The notes: generated from the letters alone by a model not told the origin. Positions 1 to 6,586 are shown, counted from the stretch's first letter. The stretch is DNA of 64,000 nucleotides from a virus (IMGVR_UViG_2974574300_000001:1-64000); one strand, 5' to 3'. Made by a program: numbers and translations.

Positions 1-118
1 AAATACTTAGAAGATAACTTAAAAGGTTCCTCTAAAAAGGCTATTTAAACAGATATCTTTCTGGATATCTATCTTTTATCTTAAAAGCCTTTTAAGAGGT
101 CTTATAAGAGGTATACCA

Positions 119-490
119 ATGAAAAACAGAACAAACAAAGGCCAGTTTAAAAAAGGCCAGTCTGGAAACCCATCTGGAAGACCAAAAGGCTCTCGTAACA
201 AAAGCTCACTCGTAAAAGCTCAACTGACCATTGATAATTCTGCTGAGTTTGCTGCAAAGTTGTTTGAAGCGATTGTTACAAGGGACGCTGCTAAGCTTGC
301 AGAGTTCGGGTTAAACACAGACGACGTAACCATCAAGAGCATGATTGAGGTCGGTAAAACTATCATGACTCACTCAGCAGGTGAGATGAAAGCCATTGCA
401 GCAGACACTAAGAAGACTCCTGATAACGGTGGTCAGTCTCAGACAGATAGCAAACCAACGTTCTCTGCTGTTGCAACCCTCAAAAAATAA
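119..490 (+). CDS. hypothetical protein with Gly/Lys/Arg-rich N-terminus
   Basis: ORF with AAGAGG RBS upstream of ATG; N-terminal KGQFKKGQSGNPSGRPKGSRNK basic low-complexity segment typical of small phage proteins. Confidence 0.6.
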   Translation: MKNRTNKGQFKKGQSGNPSGRPKGSRNKSSLVKAQLTIDNSAEFAAKLFEAIVTRDAAKLAEFGLNTDDVTIKSMIEVGKTIMTHSAGEMKAIAADTKKTPDNGGQSQTDSKPTFSAVATLKK

Positions 491-572
491 TTTTAAAAGA
501 TGTTGACAGACTCTATAAAGTTACTCTAAAGTCTGTCACATCAACAAACAAAATGAGAGAAGAGAGTAAAAT

Positions 573-1988
573 ATGAGCGAATTATTTAAACATGCGCACC
601 TTCATGCAGGTCGAACTGAAAATGGTGCTGTAAACCATACTTCATCAATGTCTGCTCTTGTAGACTTTTACAAAGCTGCTGGTTCGAGTCGTAGCAATGT
701 AGAAATCTTACCAGACCTGTTCTACAAAGCTTTGCGTGAGGATGTTGATGTTGCAGTTCGTATTTTACTGCATATGCGAGATGTACGAGAAGGTATGGGT
801 GAGCGTAAAGCCTTCAGAACTGTTTTGCTTCAAGCAATTGAAGATAAAGTTTTAGAACCTACACAGGTTCTTCGCATTATGGATAAGATTGCAGAACTTG
901 GTCGTTTTGATGACTTCAAAATCTTCGTAGGTACTCGTTTCGAGACAGATGCCTTCAAACATTTAGAAGCAGCATTACTAGACCCTGCAACAGCAGGTTT
1001 GGCAGCTAAGTGGTTACCACGAGTCAAACCACGTCATAAGCAGTTTGTAAAACGTTTCTGTAAGTTTGCCAACTTGAGTGAGAAAGATTATCGCACACTG
1101 TTGTCTGCGCTCTCTGATACAGTTGAGCAAAAAATCTCTGCTAATGAGTTTGGTAAGATTGACTACAGTAAGATTCCTTCACTTGCTGCTGCACGTTACC
1201 AAAAACTGTTTAACCGCAAAGATGGAGAACGCTACAAAGCTTACATCGAGTCCTTATCAAAGGGTGAGACTAAGATTAATGCTGGTGCTGTTTACCCATA
1301 CGATGTGATTAAGTCTGTTAAGTATGGTAATGCAGATGTTGCTAATGAGCAGTGGAAAGCACTACCAAACTGGATGGCAGAGGGTGAAAACATCTTATGT
1401 ATGACTGATGTTTCAAGCTCAATGTCTTGGGTGAATTTTGGTTCAATCACTGCTCTTGATATTGGCGTATCACTTGCCTTGTATGTAGCAGAACGCAATA
1501 CAGGTTGCTTTAAGGATGAGTTGATGGTTTATTCAACAAACCCTCACTTCATTGAACTGAGTGGTGATTTACGAAACCGTCATCGTCAGGTGATGCGACA
1601 CGTTGAATATGGCTCAACTAACTTACAAGCAGCTTTTGAACGCATTCTTGAGATAGGTAAGAGAAACAACTTGACTCAGAAAGATATGCCAAGTAAGCTT
1701 ATCATCTTCTCCGATATGGAGTTCAATCAGGTTGATGGAGCTAACGGTCGTACAAACTTTGAAGCAATTCAGAGTAAGTACAAGAAAGCTGGATACGAAA
1801 TGCCACAACTGGTATTCTGGTACTTAGCAAACCGTAATGGTACTTGCGAAGTATCTGTTAAGGATAACGGTGTAGCAATGGTATCTGGTTTCTCTCCAGC
1901 CACTTTAAAAGCTCTGCTTGGTGGTGAGAAGTTTGACCCAATCAGCGTAATGCTCAAAGCAGTAATGATTGACCGTTATATCTGGTAA
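573..1988 (+). CDS. vWA-domain protein with MIDAS motif (Ro60/TROVE-like or DUF2828-like candidate)
   Basis: 471 aa ORF; helical N-terminal half then DVSSSM (DxSxS MIDAS) and downstream acidic IIFSDMEF strand typical of von Willebrand A fold. Confidence 0.6.
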   Translation: MSELFKHAHLHAGRTENGAVNHTSSMSALVDFYKAAGSSRSNVEILPDLFYKALREDVDVAVRILLHMRDVREGMGERKAFRTVLLQAIEDKVLEPTQVLRIMDKIAELGRFDDFKIFVGTRFETDAFKHLEAALLDPATAGLAAKWLPRVKPRHKQFVKRFCKFANLSEKDYRTLLSALSDTVEQKISANEFGKIDYSKIPSLAAARYQKLFNRKDGERYKAYIESLSKGETKINAGAVYPYDVIKSVKYGNADVANEQWKALPNWMAEGENILCMTDVSSSMSWVNFGSITALDIGVSLALYVAERNTGCFKDELMVYSTNPHFIELSGDLRNRHRQVMRHVEYGSTNLQAAFERILEIGKRNNLTQKDMPSKLIIFSDMEFNQVDGANGRTNFEAIQSKYKKAGYEMPQLVFWYLANRNGTCEVSVKDNGVAMVSGFSPATLKALLGGEKFDPISVMLKAVMIDRYIW

Positions 1989-2006
1989 AAAGTTTTAAAA
2001 AGGGTA

Positions 2007-2035
2007 TTGACAATGTGTTTGATACCCTTTAATAT
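2007..2035 (+). promoter_or_regulatory. sigma70-like promoter (TTGACA-17-TAATAT) overlapped by GGGTAT/ATACCC inverted repeat
   Basis: TTGACA at 2007-2012, 17 nt spacer, TAATAT at 2030-2035, immediately upstream of tRNA array. Confidence 0.6.
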
Positions 2036-2097
2036 GTTCTACATAGAAACGAAACGAGAGCTTTTCTAAGATACTGAAAAATATTTTAAAAAAGTTC

Positions 2098-2127
2098 TTG
2101 ACAATCACTAAAAAATAATGTTAAAGT
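2098..2127 (+). promoter_or_regulatory. possible sigma70-like promoter (TTGACA-17-TTAAAG)
   Basis: TTGACA at 2098-2103; weaker -10 element. Confidence 0.35.
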
Positions 2128-2153
2128 GGTTACATAGAGTTTGAAAAGTTTAT

Positions 2154-2230
2154 CTCTGTTTAGCTCAGCTTGGTAGAGCGTTCCGTTTGGGGCGGTAAGG
2201 CCGGAGGTTCAAGTCCTCCAACAGAGACCA
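2154..2230 (+). tRNA. tRNA-Pro (anticodon TGG)
   Basis: 7 bp acceptor CTCTGTT/AACAGAG, D-arm GCTC..GAGC, anticodon loop TTTGGGG, T-arm GGAGG-TTCAAGT-CCTCC, encoded CCA. Confidence 0.75.
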
Positions 2231-2237
2231 AATTAAT

Positions 2238-2315
2238 GTTCCAGTAGACAAAATGGTATAGTCACCACTCTTTCAAAGTGGATATTTGAGGGTTCAAATC
2301 CCTTCTGGAACGCCA
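2238..2315 (+). tRNA. tRNA-Glu (anticodon TTC)
   Basis: acceptor GTTCCAG/CTGGAAC, anticodon stem CCACT/AGTGG loop CTTTCAA, T-arm GAGGG-TTCAAAT-CCCTT, CCA. Confidence 0.7.
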
Positions 2316-2406
2316 GTTTTGACAGAAGACCAATTACAGCAAACTTAATCTTATTCATCTGAAGGTAAATCGGACAAAGAAGAGATTTGGTCTGGTCATT
2401 AAGAAT

Positions 2407-2483
2407 TGCGGGTATAGAGAAAGGGCGTCTCACATGTCTCATTAGCATGGTATCGGCAGGTTCGACTCCTGCACCCGCCTCCA
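2407..2483 (+). tRNA. tRNA-Met (anticodon CAT)
   Basis: anticodon stem CATGT/GCATG loop CTCATTA, T-arm GCAGG-TTCGACT-CCTGC, acceptor with 1:72 mismatch, CCA. Confidence 0.6.
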
Positions 2484-2566
2484 AATTTACAGAAGACCGT
2501 TTACAGCAATATTTATTAAATTTTTAGCGGAAAAATTGAAAGATACGGTCTGGTAATACTAAACAT

Positions 2567-2643
2567 GGTTAGGAAGCACATAAGGTATGTGCGGTCGCCT
2601 GTTAAGCGAATGGCACAGGGTTCGAATCCCTGACTAACCGCCA
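2567..2643 (+). tRNA. tRNA-Asn (anticodon GTT)
   Basis: acceptor GGTTAGG/ACTAACC, D-stem GCAC/GTGC, anticodon loop CTGTTAA, T-arm CAGGG-TTCGAAT-CCCTG, CCA. Confidence 0.7.
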
Positions 2644-2712
2644 AATTTAGGAGAGAAGCGATTGCTCACCGATTTGTAAGGTGCAAGTCCTTAGCCTGAA
2701 TAGAAATTAAAT

Positions 2713-2800
2713 GTGTCGTTATCCCGTAGATGGTAGCGGTGGGGACTGTAAATCCCTTGTCATTGAGACTCGGTAGGTTCGACTCCTACACGGCACACCA
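2713..2800 (+). tRNA. tRNA-Tyr (anticodon GTA), long variable arm
   Basis: acceptor GTGTCGT/ACGGCAC, anticodon stem GGGGA/TCCCT loop CTGTAAA, long variable arm, T-arm GTAGG-TTCGACT-CCTAC, CCA. Confidence 0.7.
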
Positions 2801-2805
2801 ATAAA

Positions 2806-2882
2806 GGTTATGTAGTTTAATTTGGTTAAAATACTCCCTGTCACGGGAGATGATGAGGGTTCAAATCCCTTCGTAACCGCCA
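2806..2882 (+). tRNA. tRNA-Asp (anticodon GTC)
   Basis: acceptor GGTTATG/CGTAACC, canonical Asp anticodon loop CTGTCAC (weak stem), T-arm GAGGG-TTCAAAT-CCCTT, CCA. Confidence 0.6.
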
Positions 2883-3310
2883 ATTTTGAGAGGGCTATTT
2901 AGCCCCTCCCTTAAAGAGTTCTTACGAGTATTCTTTAAAGGAGCAGAAGACCAAATTCAGCAAGTTACTTAAAATTTCAAGCCAATTTAATTTTGAAAAA
3001 TTTAAAACTTGGTCTGGCTCAACAAATTTACAGAAGACCATTTACAGCAAAACTTAAACAATCTATTTCTCGGTAAAGAAAAGGAGAAGGTTCGATTCCT
3101 TCACTCGGCAGGTGTCGAGTTGGTGTAATGGTAGCACTTAAGATGATAAACAACGGTCTGGTAATTATCTTTGTAGATAAGTTATTAAGCTTACCTGTGA
3201 GTATGCGACCACAAAGGGTGAAAGGGTAAATTCTAGATTTAAACCCAAAAAGGCACATCGCTACAGACCTTAAGCAAGTCTGGGTAGCTTATCTACAAAG
3301 ATAATTTAAT

Positions 3311-3386
3311 GGAAGTGTAGCAGAATGGTGATGCGGCAGACTTTTAATCTGACAGGCGATGGGTTCGAATCCCTCCACTTCTACCA
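3311..3386 (+). tRNA. tRNA-Lys (anticodon TTT)
   Basis: acceptor GGAAGTG/CACTTCT, anticodon loop CTTTTAA, T-loop TTCGAAT, CCA. Confidence 0.65.
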
Positions 3387-3390
3387 ATAT

Positions 3391-3467
3391 GGTTCAGTCG
3401 CAGATAAGGTAATGCAAGGGTCTCATAAGCCCTATGAATGTGGGTTCGATTCCCATCTGAACCTCCA
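3391..3467 (+). tRNA. tRNA-Met or tRNA-Ile2 (anticodon CAT)
   Basis: acceptor GGTTCAG/CTGAACC, anticodon stem AGGGT/GCCCT loop CTCATAA, T-arm GTGGG-TTCGATT-CCCAT, CCA. Confidence 0.7.
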
Positions 3468-3469
3468 AT

Positions 3470-3544
3470 TGTGGGTTAGCATAAATGGTAATGCAAACGG
3501 CTGATAACCGTTAGAAGAGGGTTCGATACCCTCACCTACAACCA
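3470..3544 (+). tRNA. tRNA-Ile (anticodon GAT)
   Basis: acceptor TGTGGGT/ACCTACA, anticodon stem AACGG/CCGTT loop CTGATAA, T-arm GAGGG-TTCGATA-CCCTC, CCA. Confidence 0.7.
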
Positions 3545-3559
3545 ATTTCAATAAAGTTG

Positions 3560-3588
3560 TTGACATTGAGATGTGACTACTTTATAGT
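3560..3588 (+). promoter_or_regulatory. sigma70-like promoter (TTGACA-17-TATAGT) inside tRNA array
   Basis: TTGACA 3560-3565, 17 nt spacer, TATAGT 3583-3588. Confidence 0.6.
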
Positions 3589-3880
3589 AACTAAAATACT
3601 TCAGAATATGTATAATTCAAACACCAATACATGAGCGTTAGACGTAACACAATGTGGGGAAATTTGTTGTACATATTCTGAATAGTTTTCGTTGCGTAGC
3701 GTCTATTTTGCAAATTTAAAATAAATGCAAACGACAATGTTTTTCTGGCAGTAGCTTGATAGGCTAAACACCAGTGAGGTCTTCCAATCCCTCATCAAAG
3801 AATTTGGCGTACTAGCCACGGTATGATTAATAAGGTGGGCATCTTTAAGGGCTTTCTAAGAGAGTCTTTAAAGATAATTA

Positions 3881-3962
3881 CGGGGCGTATCTCAGCGGTC
3901 TTCTAAACCGCCGTTAACCGAGTAAGTGGAGTATGCGGGTTCGAGTCCTGCCGCCTCGACCA
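3881..3962 (+). tRNA. non-canonical tRNA-like gene (anticodon-like hairpin with TCT, no clear D-arm)
   Basis: acceptor CGGGGCG/CGCCTCG, T-arm GCGGG-TTCGAGT-CCTGC, CCA; only a 5 bp/7 nt hairpin GCGGT-CTTCTAA-ACCGC placed where the D-arm should be, followed by 23 nt extra region. Confidence 0.45.
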
Positions 3963-4104
3963 ATTAGTTAGCAGATTACTTAGACGACCTAAGCGGGTCT
4001 TCCTGTAGGGAGGTGGTCTGTATCTCATGTTTTCCAGAACATGTAAATAATCTGAGAAGGGGCTTTACAGTGTTGAGATAATACGGTAAGCTTCGAATTA
4101 TAGT

Positions 4105-4187
4105 ATGGGACGATGTTAAGACTCTAAGGCATGAGCAACGGCTTCCAACACCGTTTCAAAGGGGTTCAACTCCTCCGTCCCATGCCA
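4105..4187 (+). tRNA. non-canonical tRNA-like gene (aberrant D region; anticodon uncertain, possibly CCA)
   Basis: perfect 7 bp acceptor ATGGGAC/GTCCCAT, T-loop TTCAACT, CCA; 26 nt between acceptor and candidate anticodon hairpin ACGGC-TTCCAAC-ACCGT. Confidence 0.45.
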
Positions 4188-4200
4188 AAGTCTTATTAGG

Positions 4201-4288
4201 GGTAGGTAGCGGCTAATGGTAGCCAAACTGTCTTGAAAACAGTTGCCACTGTAGAGATACGGTGAGGGTTCGACTCCTTTACTTACCG
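4201..4288 (+). tRNA. tRNA-Ser (anticodon TGA), type II
   Basis: acceptor GGTAGGT/ACTTACC, 3 bp D-stem, anticodon stem ACTGT/ACAGT loop CTTGAAA, long variable arm, T-loop TTCGACT; CCA not fully encoded. Confidence 0.7.
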
Positions 4289-4545
4289 CCTAATAAGATT
4301 TAAAGCCAAGCTTCATTCGGATGTTGCTTTGGTATCCCTCGTGTATTGTCGTACACACTGATAAAACACCTAGTAGGTGTCACGGAGAAGAGATAATATC
4401 AAGCTCTCCAAAGGTTCTAGTCACCGGATTAAACAAGACTATGCAAAGACCTTTTTAGGTCTTTTTAGAGGGCTTCTAAGGTTATTACAGCTTGTTGTGG
4501 AACCTTGTTGCTTAGGTTCTTAGAAGTTCTCTAAAAAGATTTAAT

Positions 4546-4623
4546 GGGAGATTGACGGTAATTGGTAAACCTACCTCGCTTAGAACGAGGTGTTTGAGGG
4601 TTCGAATCCCTTGTCTCCTACCA
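4546..4623 (+). tRNA. tRNA with anticodon TAG (Leu by anticodon) but short variable arm
   Basis: acceptor GGGAGAT/GTCTCCT, anticodon stem CCTCG/CGAGG loop CTTAGAA, 5 nt variable loop, T-arm GAGGG-TTCGAAT-CCCTT, CCA. Confidence 0.6.
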
Positions 4624-4630
4624 AATTAAT

Positions 4631-4706
4631 GCAGGTGTAGCAAAATGGTTATGCGGCTGACTCTTAATCAGTAAGACGATGGGTTCAATTCCCTCCACCT
4701 GTACCA
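4631..4706 (+). tRNA. tRNA-Lys (anticodon CTT)
   Basis: acceptor GCAGGTG/CACCTGT, anticodon loop CTCTTAA, T-loop TTCAATT, CCA; paralog of 3311-3386. Confidence 0.6.
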
Positions 4707-4712
4707 AACATT

Positions 4713-4788
4713 GGGGATGTAGTTTACATGGTTAAAACATAAGTTTTGCAAACTTGGGAACTGAGTTCAATTCTCAGTGACTCCACCA
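4713..4788 (+). tRNA. tRNA-Ala (anticodon TGC)
   Basis: G3:U70 in acceptor, anticodon stem TAAGT/ACTTG loop TTTGCAA, T-arm CTGAG-TTCAATT-CTCAG, CCA. Confidence 0.6.
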
Positions 4789-4794
4789 ATTAGT

Positions 4795-4869
4795 GCATCC
4801 ATAGTTTAAACGGGAAAATTACAGTCTTCCAAACTGAGGTTGAGGGTTCGATTCCCTCTGGATGCTCCA
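4795..4869 (+). tRNA. tRNA-Trp (anticodon CCA)
   Basis: acceptor GCATCCA/TGGATGC, anticodon loop CTTCCAA, T-arm GAGGG-TTCGATT-CCCTC, CCA. Confidence 0.7.
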
Positions 4870-4875
4870 AACAAT

Positions 4876-4952
4876 GCTGCTTTCGTATAATTGGCTATTA
4901 CACATCCCTTGTAAGGATGGAAATGCAGGTTCGAGTCCTGTGAGCAGCACCA
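4876..4952 (+). tRNA. tRNA-Thr (anticodon TGT)
   Basis: acceptor GCTGCTT/GAGCAGC, anticodon stem CATCC/GGATG loop CTTGTAA, T-arm GCAGG-TTCGAGT-CCTGT, CCA. Confidence 0.7.
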
Positions 4953-5047
4953 ATTCAGAGGTCAAGTGAAAGACCGCTGGTGTCAACTGAAGACCGTAAC
5001 AAATTCCACGGAGTTGAGTTAGCGGCACAACTTCAGACCTCTTTCAC

Positions 5048-5122
5048 ACTCGCTTAGTTTATATGGTAAAACATCACCCTTACAAGATGAAGAAAAAGGT
5101 TCAAGTCCTTTAGTGAGTACCA
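5048..5122 (+). tRNA. tRNA-Val (anticodon TAC)
   Basis: acceptor ACTCGCT/AGTGAGT, D-stem GTTT/AAAC, anticodon loop CTTACAA, T-arm AAAGG-TTCAAGT-CCTTT, CCA. Confidence 0.65.
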
Positions 5123-5123
5123 T

Positions 5124-5202
5124 GTTCCAGTATCCCAATTGGCAGAGAGGCCAGACTTAAAATCTGTGTTATGTATCGGTTCGAATCCGATATGGAGTAC
5201 CA
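5124..5202 (+). tRNA. tRNA with anticodon TAA (Leu by anticodon), short variable arm
   Basis: acceptor GTTCCAG/ATGGAGT (6 of 7 pairs), anticodon stem CCAGA/TCTGT loop CTTAAAA, T-arm ATCGG-TTCGAAT-CCGAT, CCA. Confidence 0.5.
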
Positions 5203-5207
5203 ATTTT

Positions 5208-5283
5208 AGCGGTATAGCATAACTGGCAATGCAGCAGTCTCTGAAGCTGTCCTATTAAGGTTCAAATCCTTATGCCGCTGCCA
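5208..5283 (+). tRNA. tRNA-Gln (anticodon CTG)
   Basis: acceptor AGCGGTA/TGCCGCT, anticodon loop CTCTGAA, T-arm TAAGG-TTCAAAT-CCTTA, CCA. Confidence 0.6.
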
Positions 5284-5314
5284 CTTCTAAGGGTTCTTAC
5301 GAGAGTCCTTAAAT

Positions 5315-5390
5315 GTGGCCTTATCATAAACGGTAATGACCCATGCTGTGAACATGGTCTATACGGGTTCAAATCCCGTAGGTCACCCCA
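5315..5390 (+). tRNA. tRNA-His (anticodon GTG)
   Basis: acceptor GTGGCCT/AGGTCAC, discriminator C, anticodon stem CCATG/CATGG loop CTGTGAA, T-arm ACGGG-TTCAAAT-CCCGT, CCA. Confidence 0.7.
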
Positions 5391-5396
5391 ATTTAT

Positions 5397-5472
5397 AGTC
5401 CAAGTAGCTTATATGGTTAAAGCGCGTGTCTGAAAAACATGAGAAGAGGGTTCAAATCCCACTGGACTACCA
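5397..5472 (+). tRNA. tRNA-Phe (anticodon GAA)
   Basis: D-stem GCTT/AAGC, anticodon stem CGTGT/ACATG loop CTGAAAA, T-loop TTCAAAT, CCA. Confidence 0.65.
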
Positions 5473-5489
5473 ATTTTCAAAGGTGCTTA

Positions 5490-6224
5490 ATGAAAGAGAT
5501 GACAGGACAAGGTAAGGAGATTTTTAATCTCTTAAAAACCGGTAAAGGGTTTTCTAACCCACTTATTACTGGTGCAGTAGTTCTCGGTGGAACCGTAGCT
5601 GCCTCTACATCACTTGTAAGCTCTATTAGCTCTGTAACAGACCCTACAATGAAGGAGAAGCTTGTTGCTGCTGGACTCACAACAGTCCTTCTAAACAGCT
5701 TTACAACAAGCCTGACAAGCACTACAGCAACTACTAAGACCCTAACAGACTATGGTCAAAAGTCTATTGATGAGTTTTCATCACGTATGCAGGTAGCAAA
5801 GGGGTATTCCAATGTTATGGGTGCAGCAGGAGAACAAGTTGGTTGTACACCATTTAGTGGTATTATGGGTGTTGCTACAGAGTATGGTCAGCAAGCTATT
5901 GACACGATTAACAGCACACTAGACAGTGTTAACGGTGTGTTAAGTGACTTACAAGACGCTATTGATAAGGGTCTTGATACTGTTTCTGATTTAGCTAACC
6001 AAGCTGTTAGCAAGATTAATGAAGGTATCTCAAAGATTACAGCTTATGCAGATGAAGTTGTGCAGATGATTGAAGAAGAAGCTGCCCTTATTGCAGAGTA
6101 CCTTAAAACGAATATCAATGGGTTCTTAGCAGGTATCTTACCAGACTGGTTTGATGATGCTTGGAAAACTGGTGTAATCGACACTATTGCAACACCAGAA
6201 ATGAAGAACGCATTACAGAAATAA
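5490..6224 (+). CDS. hypothetical protein (Ser/Thr-rich N-terminal half)
   Basis: ORF track 5439-6224 trimmed to first ATG after tRNA-Phe; AGGTG RBS. Confidence 0.5.
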   Translation: MKEMTGQGKEIFNLLKTGKGFSNPLITGAVVLGGTVAASTSLVSSISSVTDPTMKEKLVAAGLTTVLLNSFTTSLTSTTATTKTLTDYGQKSIDEFSSRMQVAKGYSNVMGAAGEQVGCTPFSGIMGVATEYGQQAIDTINSTLDSVNGVLSDLQDAIDKGLDTVSDLANQAVSKINEGISKITAYADEVVQMIEEEAALIAEYLKTNINGFLAGILPDWFDDAWKTGVIDTIATPEMKNALQK

Positions 6225-6225
6225 T

Positions 6226-6318
6226 GGAAGATTAACCCTAAAAGGTAAGGGAGCAGTTTGCTAAACTGCCAGTAGCTGAGAAATCGGTGTACCAGTTCAA
6301 GTCTGGTATCTTCCTCCA
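6226..6318 (+). tRNA. tRNA-Ser (anticodon GCT), type II
   Basis: perfect acceptor GGAAGAT/ATCTTCC, 3 bp D-stem CCC/GGG, anticodon stem GCAGT/ACTGC loop TTGCTAA, long variable arm, T-arm ACCAG-TTCAAGT-CTGGT, CCA. Confidence 0.75.
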
Positions 6319-6322
6319 ATCT

Positions 6323-6398
6323 GAATCCGTGACAGAAATGGATATGTGCCTGTCTGCAAAACAGGTTTATAAGGGTTCAAGTCCCTTCGGATTCTCCA
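6323..6398 (+). tRNA. tRNA-Cys (anticodon GCA)
   Basis: acceptor GAATCCG/CGGATTC, anticodon stem CCTGT/ACAGG loop CTGCAAA, T-arm AAGGG-TTCAAGT-CCCTT, CCA. Confidence 0.75.
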
Positions 6399-6435
6399 AG
6401 TTATTTTACTCTCTCTCAATTAAAATAATAATAAT

Positions 6436-6495
6436 GCCCTGCTATAAGTATTCTTCCTTTCGCTACCGAAGAGTATTTTTAGACAGGGCTTTTTT
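6436..6495 (+). terminator. long hairpin followed by T6 (possible terminator after tRNA array)
   Basis: GCCCTG ... CAGGGC closing stem with nested AGTATTCTTC/GAAGAGTATT stem, then TTTTTT. Confidence 0.4.
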
Positions 6496-6560
6496 ACAGA
6501 GTTATACTTTATAGGAAGACTTATACAGTATGTCTCTGACGTACATTGTGGTTTCTCCTT

Positions 6561-6586
6561 GACGGTCTCTGTGCCGTCTTTTTTAA
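6561..6586 (+). terminator. rho-independent terminator
   Basis: GACGG-TCTCTGTG-CCGTC hairpin followed by TTTTTT. Confidence 0.65.

Noticed and set aside
3062-3127. Circularly permuted tRNA gene
   Set aside because: No anticodon arm can be folded; tRNA remnants is the more economical reading (kept as a low-interest finding).
3028-3258. Minus-strand ORF 3028-3258 (76 aa) and ORF 4819-5028 (69 aa) inside the tRNA array
   Set aside because: They overlap tRNA genes and structured non-coding elements, with no RBS and low-complexity translation.
5439-5489. ORF-track start at 5439 for the 5439-6224 ORF
   Set aside because: The first 51 nt overlap tRNA-Phe; trimmed to the ATG at 5490, which has an RBS.
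2150-6400. Spaced repeats in the tRNA region considered as a CRISPR array
   Set aside because: Repeats are irregular in length and spacing and the units are tRNA genes and structured spacers.
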